A stretch of 64,000 nt of DNA from Utricularia gibba (Eukaryota; Plantae; Magnoliophyta): contig CM007989.1 of assembly GCA_002189035.1 (NCBI GenBank), positions 1,674,001 to 1,738,000 on the forward strand, in the 5' to 3' direction. Of this stretch, positions 39,737-52,635 are shown one piece after another. A program made the translations under genes and the position numbers. The notes under the pieces are model-generated. The model was not told the DNA's origin and did no database searches. It was given only the letters and a program-made list of their open reading frames with translations. Every line of letters starts with the position of its first letter. Within the stretch, counting starts at the first letter, position 1.

Positions 39737-42700
39737 ATGGAGAAAGATGCTTCTTTTCTCTTCCGTGGCATTAGTTTCAACCGGAAAAGGTTTGCTCGTG
39801 ACATAGCTAGATTTAAGGTGAATGCAAATCTGAAGGTATCTTTGGGTTTCGATCTTGGTGCTGCGATTATGGCGCAATCATACTTTCTTACTTGGATAAC
39901 AGGGTGAAAGAAGCGATGAGGATGCTGCGGAAGGCTCTGTTTTGGCTTCTGTTGATGGGGAGGAGAAACCTGTTGCTAAGAAGAGGATGAGAAAAGCCGA
40001 ACACCCAGGTGGATTTCCCTCGTAATATCGATTTCTTTGTGTCCAATAATAGAAGTTTTAGTTTATTTGGATTATAGTGATGATGATGTCTGTATAATGA
40101 AGTTATGCATGATGGGTGAATTTTGTTTGTGTAGATCGAATCTCAGAATTCAAATTATTTAAAGGCTCAGAGCCGAAGGCTGTGTCTGAGCCAGCAGAGC
40201 ACATAGAAGATGAAGTTGTGCAACAAAAGAAAGCGTACCATCGAATGTTGGAGGTTACAGTCCCTGTGCCTTATGAGCTATAATTTTGCTTACATTTAGA
40301 CTGCGAATGTACCAATTTGTCTTGATTACGGCATACCAATTCTTCTTGTGTACCTCTTTGTGCTTTTCAGAGGGATGCTGTTTTCCGGAAGAGACACGGC
40401 ATTCATGTTTCTGGGAGCAACATACCTTCTCCACTTCAAAGCTTCGCTGATTTGCGTACAATGTATTCGGACTCTTGTTGTTTGAAAAGCTTTCTTTTTG
40501 CTGCTCTGTGATTTAATTGTGTTTTGTTCAAGCATAGTCTTATTTTTTGACTTGGTGAGTAAATTTTCTTATTGTGCTCAGGTATAATTGTAAGTCATAC
40601 CTGCTACGGAATTTGAATGAACTTGGTTTCAAGGAGCCAACACCGATCCAAATGCAGACTATTCCAGTCTTGATGTCTGTACGTTTTTATTACTATGCCT
40701 ATTTCTAATGATAATCATTTCTAATCGTCATCTGTTATTCATTCTTATTTTTTCGATTTTCTCACCCATAATATGTTGCATTATTCAGGGGAGGGAGTGT
40801 TTTGCGTGTGCTCCAACTGGTTCTGGAAAAACGTTTGCGTTCCTTTGCCCAATATTTATGAAGCTTGGGGTACGTAAAACATGCATATAACAGTATTTAT
40901 TCCAAGCCCCCTTTCTAATGATCTCAAGATGATGTCCAGCGTGCTTCAAAAGATGGAGTTCGGGCTGTAATTCTGTGTCCTACACGTGAATTAGCAGCCC
41001 AGACAGTAAGAGAATGCAGGAAACTATCCAAGGGGAAGAAATTCTGCATTAAGTTAATGACTAAAACCCTTGCTATGACTGGCAATTTCGCGAAGCTGCC
41101 CTGTGATATTCTTATATCCACACCTTATAGAGTACAATATGCTGTCGAGAAGAGAAAGCTCGACTTAACAAAGTAAGAACACCAGCAGCCTTGTTTTGAA
41201 AAAAATAAAAAAAAATTTGCACATATAGCTTATAATTAAGGATTTGATGATGAATGTTACAACATAAAGAAGTTTAGATATTTAAGTTTGAACATCAACT
41301 GTAGCTGTGGTGTGTTGATATTTTGCATTACGCAGGGTCGAGTTTCTTGTGCTAGATGAATCAGACCAACTTTTTGAGCTAGGCTTGATTAAGCAGGTTG
41401 ATGCAGTGGTCAAAGCTTGCTCAAATCCATCGATTCTCCGGTCGTTGTTCAGTGCTACTTTACCGGATACTGTAGAAGAATTAGCACGCACAATAATGCA
41501 TGATGCTGTGCGTGTTATCATTGGTCGGAAGTAAGAAAGTTATATAGACCTTCAAAATTATTTGATTTTTAGTATCCCATTTTTTATGTTTCATCCATCT
41601 GTTAATCATATATATATACCTAATAGCATGATGTGTTCTATGGCGAGTGGTATTGCGTCATGGTTGAATGTTCCGGGTTCTTAGTTATCAATTTTCTTTA
41701 CACAGAAATTCTGCCTGTGAAGCAATAAAACAGAGGCTTACTTTTGTTGGAAGCGAGGAGGGAAAGCTGATAGCACTTCGTCAAAGCTTTGCAGAGGTGA
41801 ACCAGCTTGTTAGTTTAAATGCAGTGTCTCTCTCTCTCTCTCTCTTTTTTCATGAAATAGACGCAGATTCTAGAAATTACACTGCCTTTTTTTGAAGCTC
41901 TTGATCTCCAACTCCATTTTCAGAGTTTGAACCCACCGGTACTACTATTTGTCCAAAACAAGGAGCGTGCTAAGCAGCTCTATAATGGATTGAAGTATGA
42001 TGATATTAGAGCAGATGTCATGCATGCTGACCTTTCACAAGAAGAGGTGATACTTCCTTGTTTGGTTTTCTTTCTTTTTTTCTTTTTTTGAAACTGTACG
42101 TTTATCTTATCACCATGGAAAAATGAGGATTTATCATGACTGAAAGTTTTCCAGATGCCTTTTTTCTTCGCCTATGCACTTTAGGTTTCTAATACTTAAC
42201 ACATTGATTGATGCAGCGAGACAATGCAGTTGACAACTTTCGATGTGGAAAAACGTGGGTTTTGATTGCAACTGATGTCATTGCTCGTGGCATGGACTTC
42301 AAGGGTGTCAACTGTGTCATCAACTATGACTTTCCAGACTCTGCAGCTGCATATATCCATAGAATCGGTATGCTAATGTGGCTGGGCACATTCCCTTTGT
42401 ATCTTCCATTTCCTTTTGATCCTTGCTTGAATATGCCGCTGCATATTTCATATTTTGAGAAATGTTACAAGATGATAGGCACGTGTAGACCATGGTTAAT
42501 CTATTGGACTAAGTCATAAATCCACCACCATCTTTTCCGCATTTTCCTCCCTGCTTAAGCCGTGGTCATTGTGCCTATGGAATGACTGTTCTGGTATTGG
42601 CTAGATCCCTCATCTTCACTTTCTTTTTGTTCAAGGGCGTACTGGCAGGGCTGGGCGTCAAGGAGAGGCAATAACCTTCTACACCGAGGCTGATGTTCCC

Positions 42701-42835
42701 TTTTTAAAGAATATAGCTAATGTTATGAGAGCCTCTGGCTGTGAGGTGCCCGAGTGGATCATGTCAATGGCCAAGAAAAAATGGAAGAGACACAGGCCTC
42801 AGAGAGACGCAATTTCTGCTAGAACCGAAGACTGA
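39737..42835 (+). CDS. RH57: DEAD-box RNA helicase 57 (ROK1/DDX52 type)
   Basis: Q motif, [40 protein letters not shown]. Confidence 0.95.
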
Positions 42836-43539
42836 GAGATCACCCTGACTTCATTCGTCTGGGTTCACTTTTGTTTGCTTAATTGAACACCAGTTTTCTC
42901 ATCTGTTCTTTCGAATTATATGGACAGTAACATCCAATTTATTGCAAGATATCATCTTTTTGATTTTTGATAGTAGAAGGATAAACTCCAGACCCCAATT
43001 GGAGTCCAGGTTGCAACTTGCATATCTTAGATAGATGGAAGTGTTCAAGTGAGTTAAGAGAATCTAGAAACTAGTCTAAACAAGTGACCCAAGGTATAAG
43101 ATATAAAAAATTTAATATGCATAATTCCACAATCGCTTGCTAATCCCTTGCAACTTCTCTAAATAAATTTCAATTTCAACAAATTCAATATTTTCATTTA
43201 ATCATTTACAAAACCATCGAAAGGAGAGCATCGAGGAGAGTGATCAAGAACAGAATGAAGAAAAATATAGATTACCACACTCCAATGTGAGCAAAATATT
43301 GTTTTTACAAAAATGAAAAAAAAAAGAAGGGTTGGTTATTACTGGCTGACCTACAAGAACTAGAAGCTTAGCCAACTGGAGCAGCATCCCATACCAGCTG
43401 CTGCTTCGCTTGTGCCCTACAGTTGCACTTCTGTATGGAGTAAAATTCTGTTTCTGTGTGAAGGGTAAGGATGGAATATATCAACATGCTCACACTGGCT
43501 TTGTATCTCGTCAGTGTGTCCGGTCGCATTGTTCTTCAA

Positions 43540-46119
43540 CTACAATGCCTGAGGACCAAAGCCGAGGCTACAGTGGACAAGTGAAGGTAAAAAAGTCACG
43601 TATTTTTCACTGCTTATGTAGGCAGCTTCAGCGTCTACTTGACTCTTGAATACGACTTTCGCACTTTTCCTTTCGCTTATAATCTCAGTACCCAATTCAT
43701 CAAGGGGTCCATAACAGCTGAATACCTGGTTTAGGATCTCAACGGATGGTATGGAATCAGAATCTGCAAAGTAAAGAGTTAAAGAAGTTGGGTTGCTATG
43801 CTCCTTCGGATATCCATTCACCACAAAAGATGGGATTTCCGGCAACATGTTCCATATAGAGGCATCTCCTTGTTTCCTATCGTCCACTTCCATTGTTATA
43901 CCAGTAGCATCAGATTGTAATTCTGTACCATCCCCAGTACGGATCTCAGGCACAGATACTACCTCATAGACAGAAGCCCCGGGTTTCGAACTCATATCAC
44001 ATTGCTGAAGAGTCTTGAGTCCAAACAACAGCTGGTCTTGAGGACCTTCAATTATTCTATCGGTCCAATACGAGTCCCCCGTACCTTGCAACCCCTCTGT
44101 GGATGTGGTCTCCATAACGTCCAGCTGCTTCTCTTTACTTTTTCTAGACCTAGGTTCTCCAATACACACAGCACTGCGAAATTGACATAGAAATCTACGT
44201 ATCTGAGCCCCAATTACATGGTGTTTTTGAATGGGGCTCTTCGCAACTAATGTAAGGTTCTTAAAAACCACATCAAGAACAGGGACCTTGGCTGGAACCA
44301 TTTTCCGAGGCTTTTGGGAGTTGGCCACCCTATGAATTTTCACTGCAACTGTATTCCCACCATTCAGTATGGTCGAGTTCAAGGACATCAACTTAGATAA
44401 GCAATTCTCCTCCACCCTAGAATCTGCTCCACCCTCAGAATGTCGTCTACGCTTCTGAGAAGTAATAGTTTGATTTGTCGACTTTCTTTTTTTTGATGAA
44501 ACGGCAACAGCTACTTCTGAGCCCAGTTCTGCGAGGAGTTTGTCCATTGCATTGTCCAAATTTATCTCCCCCATCTGGACTGTAAACAGATTTTCGCCCT
44601 CAAAAAATGCATCAAATTGTTCAAGAACTGGGAGCTGACGTTTAAACCTATAATTACTAAAGGTTGACAACTGAGCCTTCACTTTCATGAACTGCAACCT
44701 GTTAGCGTTGCTTAATGGGGATTCAGCAAAGAGTTGAAGGCTTCGAACAAGTTCTCCAGGCTGAAATAATGCTGCAGTCGACAAGATATCTCCTCCAGAT
44801 ACTTGACTGGATTCTTTTCGAATACCAGCATTTTCAATAACTTCAGTTTTTATCTTCTCATAAAACTCAATGGGCAAGCATGGACAAGACAAACCTAGCT
44901 CAATGCGTCTAGAAAATTCATCCAGCGCACTATCCACCGCATGAGAAAACTTCTCACCTGTGCCCTGGTTCTCCATTTCAGAAAAAAACATCTGAAAGGG
45001 CTTTATTTTTGATGCTTCATTCCATGCAAATGACTGATCACCAAAGTAAGCTATGAGGTAGCTGTCCCTCTTAAAATACCTTTGAGCTCTATCAGATGCA
45101 GCAGAAGGAACAAAAATCATCCCAGGCCACCAAGGATGGCCTCTTACCTTGCCCCAGACCAGATCCGCTATGTAATATTCTCCATCTTTTTCAGTAACAT
45201 CATGTTCACCACGGTTTTTCGGTATCAATACACCCTCAGTAGCATTTGTTACTCCAATGTTCTCCATCTCATGATCTTGCTCCTCTTGATTAGAACCCAA
45301 AGCTAAACTTTTTTTCTCGTCTTGATTACAACCCAAATTTAACCCTTCATGCTCCTCTTTATTGAATGCAATATCAAAACCATCTTTGCCCTCCTTAATG
45401 GAAGCCAAAGCAAAACAATCTTTCTTTTCTTGAGTTGACGCCAGAGAAAAACCATCTTGTGCCTTCAGATTGGAACGCAAATCTAAACCATATTGTTCCT
45501 CTTGATTGGAAGCCAAACATAAACCACCATCTTTCTCCTCTCGATTAGAATACAAATCTAGAGCATCTTGCTCTTGGGCACCACTAGAACTGACAGCCAC
45601 ATCTACAGAATCTTCTTCTTTTCCAAGTGCTTTCTCATAAATAGAAGTTGCGTTTGCAGGCATTTTCCTATCAACATCATTGCCGCAAATGCCCACACCA
45701 GAAATCCGATTTTCTTGCCTTTCCTTTTCAAAATTATTCTCATATTCTTCATAATGCAGACCAAACTTTCCTTGCAAAAGCCTCTCGACCATGCATATCA
45801 CTGACTTCGTACTCCTCCATTCATCATCCTGAGACGGCATCTCTACGACCCTGTTTCTACTAACGCTATGGATATTCGATATTCTTGACCTGGACATGTC
45901 GATTCCACTCGTCACACTTTCAGAACTAGACTCACCTACAACAGCCTTACACCCCTCCGTAACCCCAGCCCCATCACTCAAAACCCCTTTGTCGTAAGGG
46001 TTTCCAATTAGGGTTTTAGATCCCAACTCACCAATAACTCTGCCACTAAAAAGTCCTTTTCTATTTTTTCCCAGAGCCTCACGGGAAATCTCATGAACAG
46101 CACCCAATTTTTCATCCAT
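43540..46119 (-). CDS. PWWP (Tudor/PWWP/MBT superfamily) domain protein, single long coding exon
   Basis: Uninterrupted ORF containing DLVWGKVRGHPWWPG...LIAYFGDQSFAWN and a C-terminal RRM-like region (FSCYGPL...AKVVF). ATG follows a cag acceptor. Confidence 0.92.
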   Translation of the reverse strand: MDEKLGAVHEISREALGKNRKGLFSGRVIGELGSKTLIGNPYDKGVLSDGAGVTEGCKAVVGESSSESVTSGIDMSRSRISNIHSVSRNRVVEMPSQDDEWRSTKSVICMVERLLQGKFGLHYEEYENNFEKERQENRISGVGICGNDVDRKMPANATSIYEKALGKEEDSVDVAVSSSGAQEQDALDLYSNREEKDGGLCLASNQEEQYGLDLRSNLKAQDGFSLASTQEKKDCFALASIKEGKDGFDIAFNKEEHEGLNLGCNQDEKKSLALGSNQEEQDHEMENIGVTNATEGVLIPKNRGEHDVTEKDGEYYIADLVWGKVRGHPWWPGMIFVPSAASDRAQRYFKRDSYLIAYFGDQSFAWNEASKIKPFQMFFSEMENQGTGEKFSHAVDSALDEFSRRIELGLSCPCLPIEFYEKIKTEVIENAGIRKESSQVSGGDILSTAALFQPGELVRSLQLFAESPLSNANRLQFMKVKAQLSTFSNYRFKRQLPVLEQFDAFFEGENLFTVQMGEINLDNAMDKLLAELGSEVAVAVSSKKRKSTNQTITSQKRRRHSEGGADSRVEENCLSKLMSLNSTILNGGNTVAVKIHRVANSQKPRKMVPAKVPVLDVVFKNLTLVAKSPIQKHHVIGAQIRRFLCQFRSAVCIGEPRSRKSKEKQLDVMETTSTEGLQGTGDSYWTDRIIEGPQDQLLFGLKTLQQCDMSSKPGASVYEVVSVPEIRTGDGTELQSDATGITMEVDDRKQGDASIWNMLPEIPSFVVNGYPKEHSNPTSLTLYFADSDSIPSVEILNQVFSCYGPLDELGTEIISERKSAKVVFKSQVDAEAAYISSEKYVTFLPSLVHCSLGFGPQAL
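45274..45561 (-). repeat. In-frame tandem repeat, about 8 x 36 bp (12 aa), within the PWWP gene
   Basis: LDLYSNREEKDG(G)/LCLASNQEEQYG/LDLRSNLKAQDG/FSLASTQEKKDC/FALASIKEGKDG/FDIAFNKEEHEG/LNLGCNQDEKKS/LALGSNQEEQD. Confidence 0.8.
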
Positions 46120-47265
46120 CCAAAAAACCTGTAACAGAAACAACGAACATCACGATCCCCAACAAGATAACCAAAACTATCACATCCTAACAAATTAGGC
46201 ACACCTCTGACGCGATAGGCCCATTCAAATTCCAGACTACCATGAACGAACCCTAAAAACTCATCAGTAATAATTATGACAAATATCGGAAAGCACCCTA
46301 CTTAATTACCTCTCGAACTCGGAAAAACTGTTAGCTTCAAGCGATTCACAGTATTTGGTGAATCCCCAAACAGACAAAAACCCCTTCAACTGCTGCCTCT
46401 CAGATTTCTCGAATTCGAAGGAGAAGACAAATTTCGCTCCGCAATTCAAATATCTTAAATTTCCTATTTATTAGAGGCTTCGGCAAGACCCATGTTTTCC
46501 CTATTTCTTCAAATCCCGGCTTATCGTTTGGATTAATTTTTAGAATATTTCATATAATATATTTTATCCTTAATTACATAATGACCACCACATTTTCCCC
46601 TTATTTATTTTCATACCATAGTCTTTTTTTTACTTTATCAATTATGTTCCATATATATTTTTTTTCATTTTTTATAAACTCTTTTATAAAATGATTAAAT
46701 TTAAATGCTCAAAAAAAGATTAAATTTAGCATTTTAAATCCCCCACATGATTATCATCAGTCTTGCGTAATGAGTAGCTGTAAAGCTTACCAATAATATA
46801 TTTATTACAAATTTGATCATAAAAAAGATACTCATCTCATATATAAATTTTTTTGTAATATGTGATAAAAAGAAATCTCAATAGCCAGTTTTCTAAATGA
46901 ACCTCAATAGGCATTCTTGGGTTTAGTTGGGAACCATCAAAGATTGCATCTTTATTCTCCATACATTTACAGGAAACTACCAAAAACAAACAAGCAAAAT
47001 GGGTGTCGGGCGAAGTCGACCATGATGCAGAATTGAACACTTATTGAATGCTGATGATGATGGAGGAACAGAAGCCTCTACTCCTCCAACCTTGATACAA
47101 TGCGGCAAGCTGATCTCAGGGGAACTCTGAAACTGTTAAGCTGGCTGCGTTTAGCTTTCAGTTTCCTCTTCTGTACATCACGCACAGACTCTAACCCATA
47201 GTGTTGTCGTACAAGGAAGAGATTGGGGAAGGTGGGCTTTGGGCAGCAAGGTAATGAGTGGTTTC

Positions 47266-49227
47266 TTATTCGGCAACAATGGCTGCTCCCATTGGGATGT
47301 TCACCATCCTCGTACTTGTGTCATAGGATCCAAGAACCGTTTTCTGCAAGCAAAAGTAGGCTCATCTTCGTATACTTACAATGTGTGGGAAAGGAGATGA
47401 ACACTCACAATGGGTTCGAAGTCGGGGCTGGATAAGTTCGTGGTGAGATTTCTCATCAGCAGCAGCACCTGCATTCGGACACAAGACTCAGGTATGCATA
47501 CTGTCTCGAGGTTTTAACAGAGAAAGTGTAAGCATACTGTCTCAAAGTTGATCGGATCCATCTCCTTGAGTCTTGAAATATGATCTTTCGTGTCCGGATC
47601 AAAGATGCTTCCGATAAAACTGTAGACTTCGGCAAAATCAGGGTGACCTACACAGAGAAAAGCAAACATGAGCAACCAGGTGTATGTACTTAAACTGAGG
47701 GTGCTTTGTGCTCCATCCATTCATTGAAGAGCCATTTAACTGAAACAATCTCAACCGGATTACGAATACGGGGATAACCTTCGTTTCCTGGATTCGTCAA
47801 CTCCTGGCTTAATGGTGCACTAGGCAAAGTTCCATGGCTATTCATGGCGCAGTGTGCTCCATTCCTTTGATGGTTCACTTGTCCAGAAGTATCGTCCCAT
47901 GAGACATATCCGGTCGCAAGTGTTGCAGGAGGATACGCCACTGGTGATTGCAGAGGAACTAGAGCTGCCCAGTGATGAGAATATTCAAAGACCTACAGTA
48001 AGAAAGCAACTGCACAATCTTCCAGTAGAACAAAGATCATACCGTTTTTGGGCGCCTTCTGTGGATAGGGATGAGCTGCTTTGCGCTTGGGACGAGGTGG
48101 AGGCACATGAGCTAATGTCCCGTTCTTTTGAACTTTTAAAAAGTACTTTTGAGCATGACTTCGAATCTGTCAATAAGAATACAGGATTTTCATACAAATT
48201 TGCTTGCTGAAGCATGACTTAAAAAAAAATGATTTTTGTTCAGAATCATGAGATGAGTAAACCAACGCAAGATGATTCACCGTTGATCGACCAAACAGTC
48301 AAGTAATGTTCTTTTTCACAATCATGAGATAGGAAAATCTTGCCCAAGGAAGCTACTTAACAGGATGATTCACAGTTGATCGACCTCTGGCACACAATGT
48401 ACACTAAAAGAGGAAAGGGTGTACAGATTAATCGATCTAAGAGCAGCTTCTAACATCAGTAGTCGAGCTACTAAAGTTCTTATGACAGAAAAGACATCCA
48501 CATGGAGGAACAAGGGGAAGCGATAGTTGGACTTTGGGAGACATGTTTTCTTGGTGAAACAAAAAATATAAGCACACACCTGAATTACTGTCTTTGATCC
48601 GACATAGTCTTCAATTTTCTTCCAGTCACGGTCGAACCTGGATTTCAAATCGTAAAATGAGGGTAGCTTCAGAATACTTCCCAACATCACTCATTACCAT
48701 AAACTGTCATCCTGCACACAAGTTTCAAAAGACACTCTGCCGAAACAATTAGCATTTGTTCGCTTCAGTCGTCATCAACCGAAGCACATGAGTAACTTTA
48801 AAACATGTCATATTCTCAGTAACCACAGAGGTGAAGCAACTTCGAAACCAAAAAAGTGTTCTTGATCATAATGCAATCAATAATGACCCAGATTTAAAAA
48901 ATGGGGGGTTAAATCTGAGCATCAAAAGGAAACAAGGAATAAATATTTAGTTTTTCTACTGCCCAAACACCATAAACTGGATCCAGTTCACCCAAAAACA
49001 GAAGAACAATCCCAGAAGCGCAAGCCTTGCCGACACATGAAAACACCCCCTTCATCAACACAAAAAGAAAAGCAAAACCACGATAAAAAGAAACTCAACA
49101 GTTGAAGGGCCTCGAGAAACTTGTCGTGCTCTTCCTCAGTCCAGCTCTCCCTGGACTTAGTGATGGTGTACGGCTTCCGCACCTTCTTGGCCGACGAATC
49201 CAGCGGGACACTCGAATTACTCATCAT
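47266..49227 (-). CDS. RVE: REVEILLE/LCL-clade single-MYB clock transcription factor (RVE4/6/8-like); alternative in-frame ATG at 49311
   Basis: [51 protein letters not shown] domain [16 protein letters not shown]...[16 protein letters not shown]. Confidence 0.94.
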
Positions 49228-50468
49228 CTGGGGCAACTCAAACTCTTGCGAGGAGGGGAAAGGAGAAACAAGAGGAACCGACGGAAGAGGGGTGTGAGAA
49301 ATCGGAATCATGTGGCGCACATCTTGCTGCCTTTTTGTGCACCATACGACACCACTCCTTTACCACCAACTAAATACTTGTGAGAGACATTTGTTAGACA
49401 TTTGGCAATTTTTTGCCGTGAGACCTCAAGACATCATTCAAGTTTGTAATAAATTATTGGGAAGATAGGGATGAGTCTGATAGTTATCAACATCCCAAAC
49501 ACACTACTCCCACGTCAATCATCTTTTATTACGCTTGTCCATGCAAATGCAGCAAGGAAGAAGACACCCGACTAACCACAAATTTTGTCATGAATTCAAA
49601 CACACGGACAAAAAAAAGAATAAAATAATTTAAATATCTATCCCACTATTATTTTTAATAAAATATAAACAATATTCTTACAAAGTAAAGTTGTGTGAGA
49701 AAACGGTGGCCACATGTTCAGTTATTATTAATATTTTTTCTGGTACGGGTAGGTTTTCTTGTCAGGGACAAGGTAAAAGATCTGGAAGTTATTAAGATTA
49801 ATGATATAAAAATAAATGAGAAATCACGACAGTCAGGTGGGCCCAGCGATGGTGACAACTGTTCCTCTCGTGTCCACAAGTTTCCTTTTTTTTTCTTTGT
49901 TACTGGATCACATCGTCTGGAGCTCAGAAGGCAGTCCCCATCCTTCCAAAGCATCTAGTTGCCTCCTACAGATCATCCGAAAATCCAAATGTTTTACCTC
50001 ACCAGCTCAATATCTCCAGTTCCTCGGTTCGTGGTTTCGCATAGCTGGATGGATCATGGTAGTGTGATGCAGTGATCACAACTAAGAGGAATATCACTGT
50101 GGATGGACTGCTCTATTGGGTTTAAGATCCTGCCGAAATAGAATCTGCCCCAAAGGAGTAGAACCCCCACACTGTCAACTACTGAAGCTAGCTTTATTTT
50201 CAAGATTCACGCAAGTCCTCATGCTGATGTTACAGTTTAACATGCATTCATTTTTCACTAATCCAGTTACCAAACAGGAAACTGCATCTGACTTGAAAAA
50301 TTGTGAATTCATTTCCCAGGCATGAAATGAAGTTTCATAACAGAGATGGAAAACTGTATTTCTTTTTGTTTCGATGGTCTCCAACATAAATAAATATCTA
50401 GAGAGATTACTTCTTTACTGTTAAGAAAACTCATTAAAAGTGAAACCTTGGAAATGCAAATGCAAACT

Positions 50469-51752
50469 CTAACTTGATCTCTGTGCTCCAGCCAAGAAGT
50501 TCGCGATTGAAGGAACGCCCTGGCTTCCCATCTCCTCTTGAGCACGTTTTAGTTCTTCAGGATCTGCATCGATCAACAAAAGAACTCGTCAAACGATCCA
50601 GAAGTGGCATCCATAATTACTAATATCATACTATCCACGATAACTTACCAACTAGTTTTGGCATTAAAAACACAACAATGACCATGAATCCAATCATCAA
50701 ACCCATAGGGCTCTTCAACAGAGATAATATGTTGAATGGTTCTCTTATCTGCAGATCATGATTTTTCATTCATTGACTGATCTAGGCATTACGGGAGTCA
50801 AACTTTCTGACCTCATAATATTGTTCTTCTCTCAACGGTTCCAGTACAAGCTCACTTAATACCCTCCTGTTCTCAGTAAGAGCAGCCTGAACCTTACCAG
50901 AATGCCTAGCGCTAATATCAACACGAACCTTCAATAAGACCATATACCAGCATCACGTTCACTGATTAACCAACTAAACAAAATTAGACAGCATGATGAA
51001 TAGTCTCACAGGAGAGAAGAAATAGCCAATGGCATCCACTTCAATGAGATGTGTCCCTGCAGGCAAATCATGGCTTGCAGACAATTAAGGAACAGCAGTA
51101 GTCTGATAAGTGATAACTACTGCGACAATTCAAACTCTCGACACATTCTAATAAGCCAGATGTTTAATGCATCCATGATCTCCTCAAGCAAACCAATATC
51201 TCCAAAAAAGTGTAAGCAAAGAAACTAAAACTGTAGGATACAATGAAAAATATCCATCCGGGCGCAGAAAGGTAACCTTCTGACCACCATTGAGTACGAT
51301 TTTCACATTCGATATTTTAGGGGGGAGATTGAATCCAGTTGCACTGAATCCTTCAAAAACTCACCGTTAAATGTACAAAAGTCAGTTCCCATTCCAAGAA
51401 ATATGAAATAACAAATCTGGAATCCAATGACATTAACAAAAAAAAAAAAAAAACCACTCGCTGCTGAAAAGCTAGAAAACACAAAAACTGCAAGGCTATA
51501 TTCTTCTGAAACAATTAAAGAACTTGCACACGGATGCATATTCGCAAACTGTACCTGGAAACCTGACTTTACCACTGATACTATATCCATCAACATTCCT
51601 ACAGAAAAACACAGTTGTTTAGTTCGGTGTCACGCAGAAATTAAAGAAAAAAGAAAAAAATCAGTAGATTACTCATCGGAAACCCCGAGTGCAGAGGGCA
51701 ACACAAGGAAGACGAGTGTGAGCAAAATGAAAAGACAGTCCGAAATCGCCAT
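50469..51752 (-). CDS. EMC7: ER membrane protein complex subunit 7 homolog, 7 exons (missed by the ORF track)
   Basis: Exons 51752-51673, 51598-51555, 51350-51242, 51073-51010, 50928-50812, 50748-50649 and 50563-50469 give a signal peptide, LNGGQKVTFLRPDGYFSFHDLPAGTHLIEV, VRVDISAR, REPFNILSLLKSPMGLMIGFM and DPEELKRAQEEM. Confidence 0.93.
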
Positions 51753-51845
51753 GGAATGAATTCAAGCGGTAGAGGAAAGCGAAGGAGACAGATAACCGTC
51801 GGGAGAACCAAGGAGCCCTGACGTCTACTCACCGCGGTTGCAGAA

Positions 51846-51873
51846 TCCCGATCCCCGATCCCCGATCCCCGAT
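51846..51873. repeat. Short heptamer tandem (CCCGATC)x~4 near the EMC7 transcription start
   Basis: atcccgatccccgatccccgatccccgat. Confidence 0.7.
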
Positions 51874-52635
51874 TGATCTCCCCCTTCAGAATTAGGGATT
51901 AACTTAATCGACGCCAAAGTGAAAAAGAAAATGAAAAAAAATATATACAAAATAATAAAAATATTAACTGGAATTTGAAGCTTGTTGCTAAAAATGGTTT
52001 TTTTGCACCAAAAATAAAATGGGAATTCTATAAAAACAATGGTTGTTATTTTACATTCAAGATCAAAAATTAATTCAATAATTTTTATTGGCTTATTTAA
52101 ATTTTGCCCACTCGAAGATTTAGCCCTAATTCATTAACAATTGTAGTTAGATGTTAAGGACGTGTTTTTGATAGTTTGATTTAACTGTTTAAACATCTGC
52201 ATACTGATAATAATGTATGTTTGATATATTAATTTAACAATATACGATATTGATGAAACTACTGTAAAACACTATAAACTGTGTATTTCAAAATTCACTT
52301 GAGTTTTGTTAAACAATTCAATTTACAAAATATATATTTTAAACGTATATATTAAACGTAGTATTATATATATATATATATATTCAAAAACTATGTATCA
52401 AAAAATATATATTTATCTTAATATAAATAACTCAAATATATTATTAATTATAATATCCTACCAAATACTTTCATAAGGTTTTATTTGTATTGTACTTATG
52501 AAAAAAATAGAATTTTAGAAATGTTTCTATGTTCAGACAGGTTGAATCAATAAAATTGTAATTAGGTGTAGATGACTTGTGCTAATATGTTTTTAATGAG
52601 AAAATCTTGGGGATAAAAGGCGTTGATATTCGAAA

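Noticed and set aside
47490-47543. Duplicated donor GAGACA|GTATGC inside a 69-nt RVE intron
   Set aside because: The second donor would leave a 33-nt intron and include a stop codon; probably an inert micro-duplication.
51318-51326. Apparent frameshift in a C-run giving MGTDFCTF...
   Set aside because: Correct EMC7 splicing (acceptor 51352-51351) keeps the frame without any indel.
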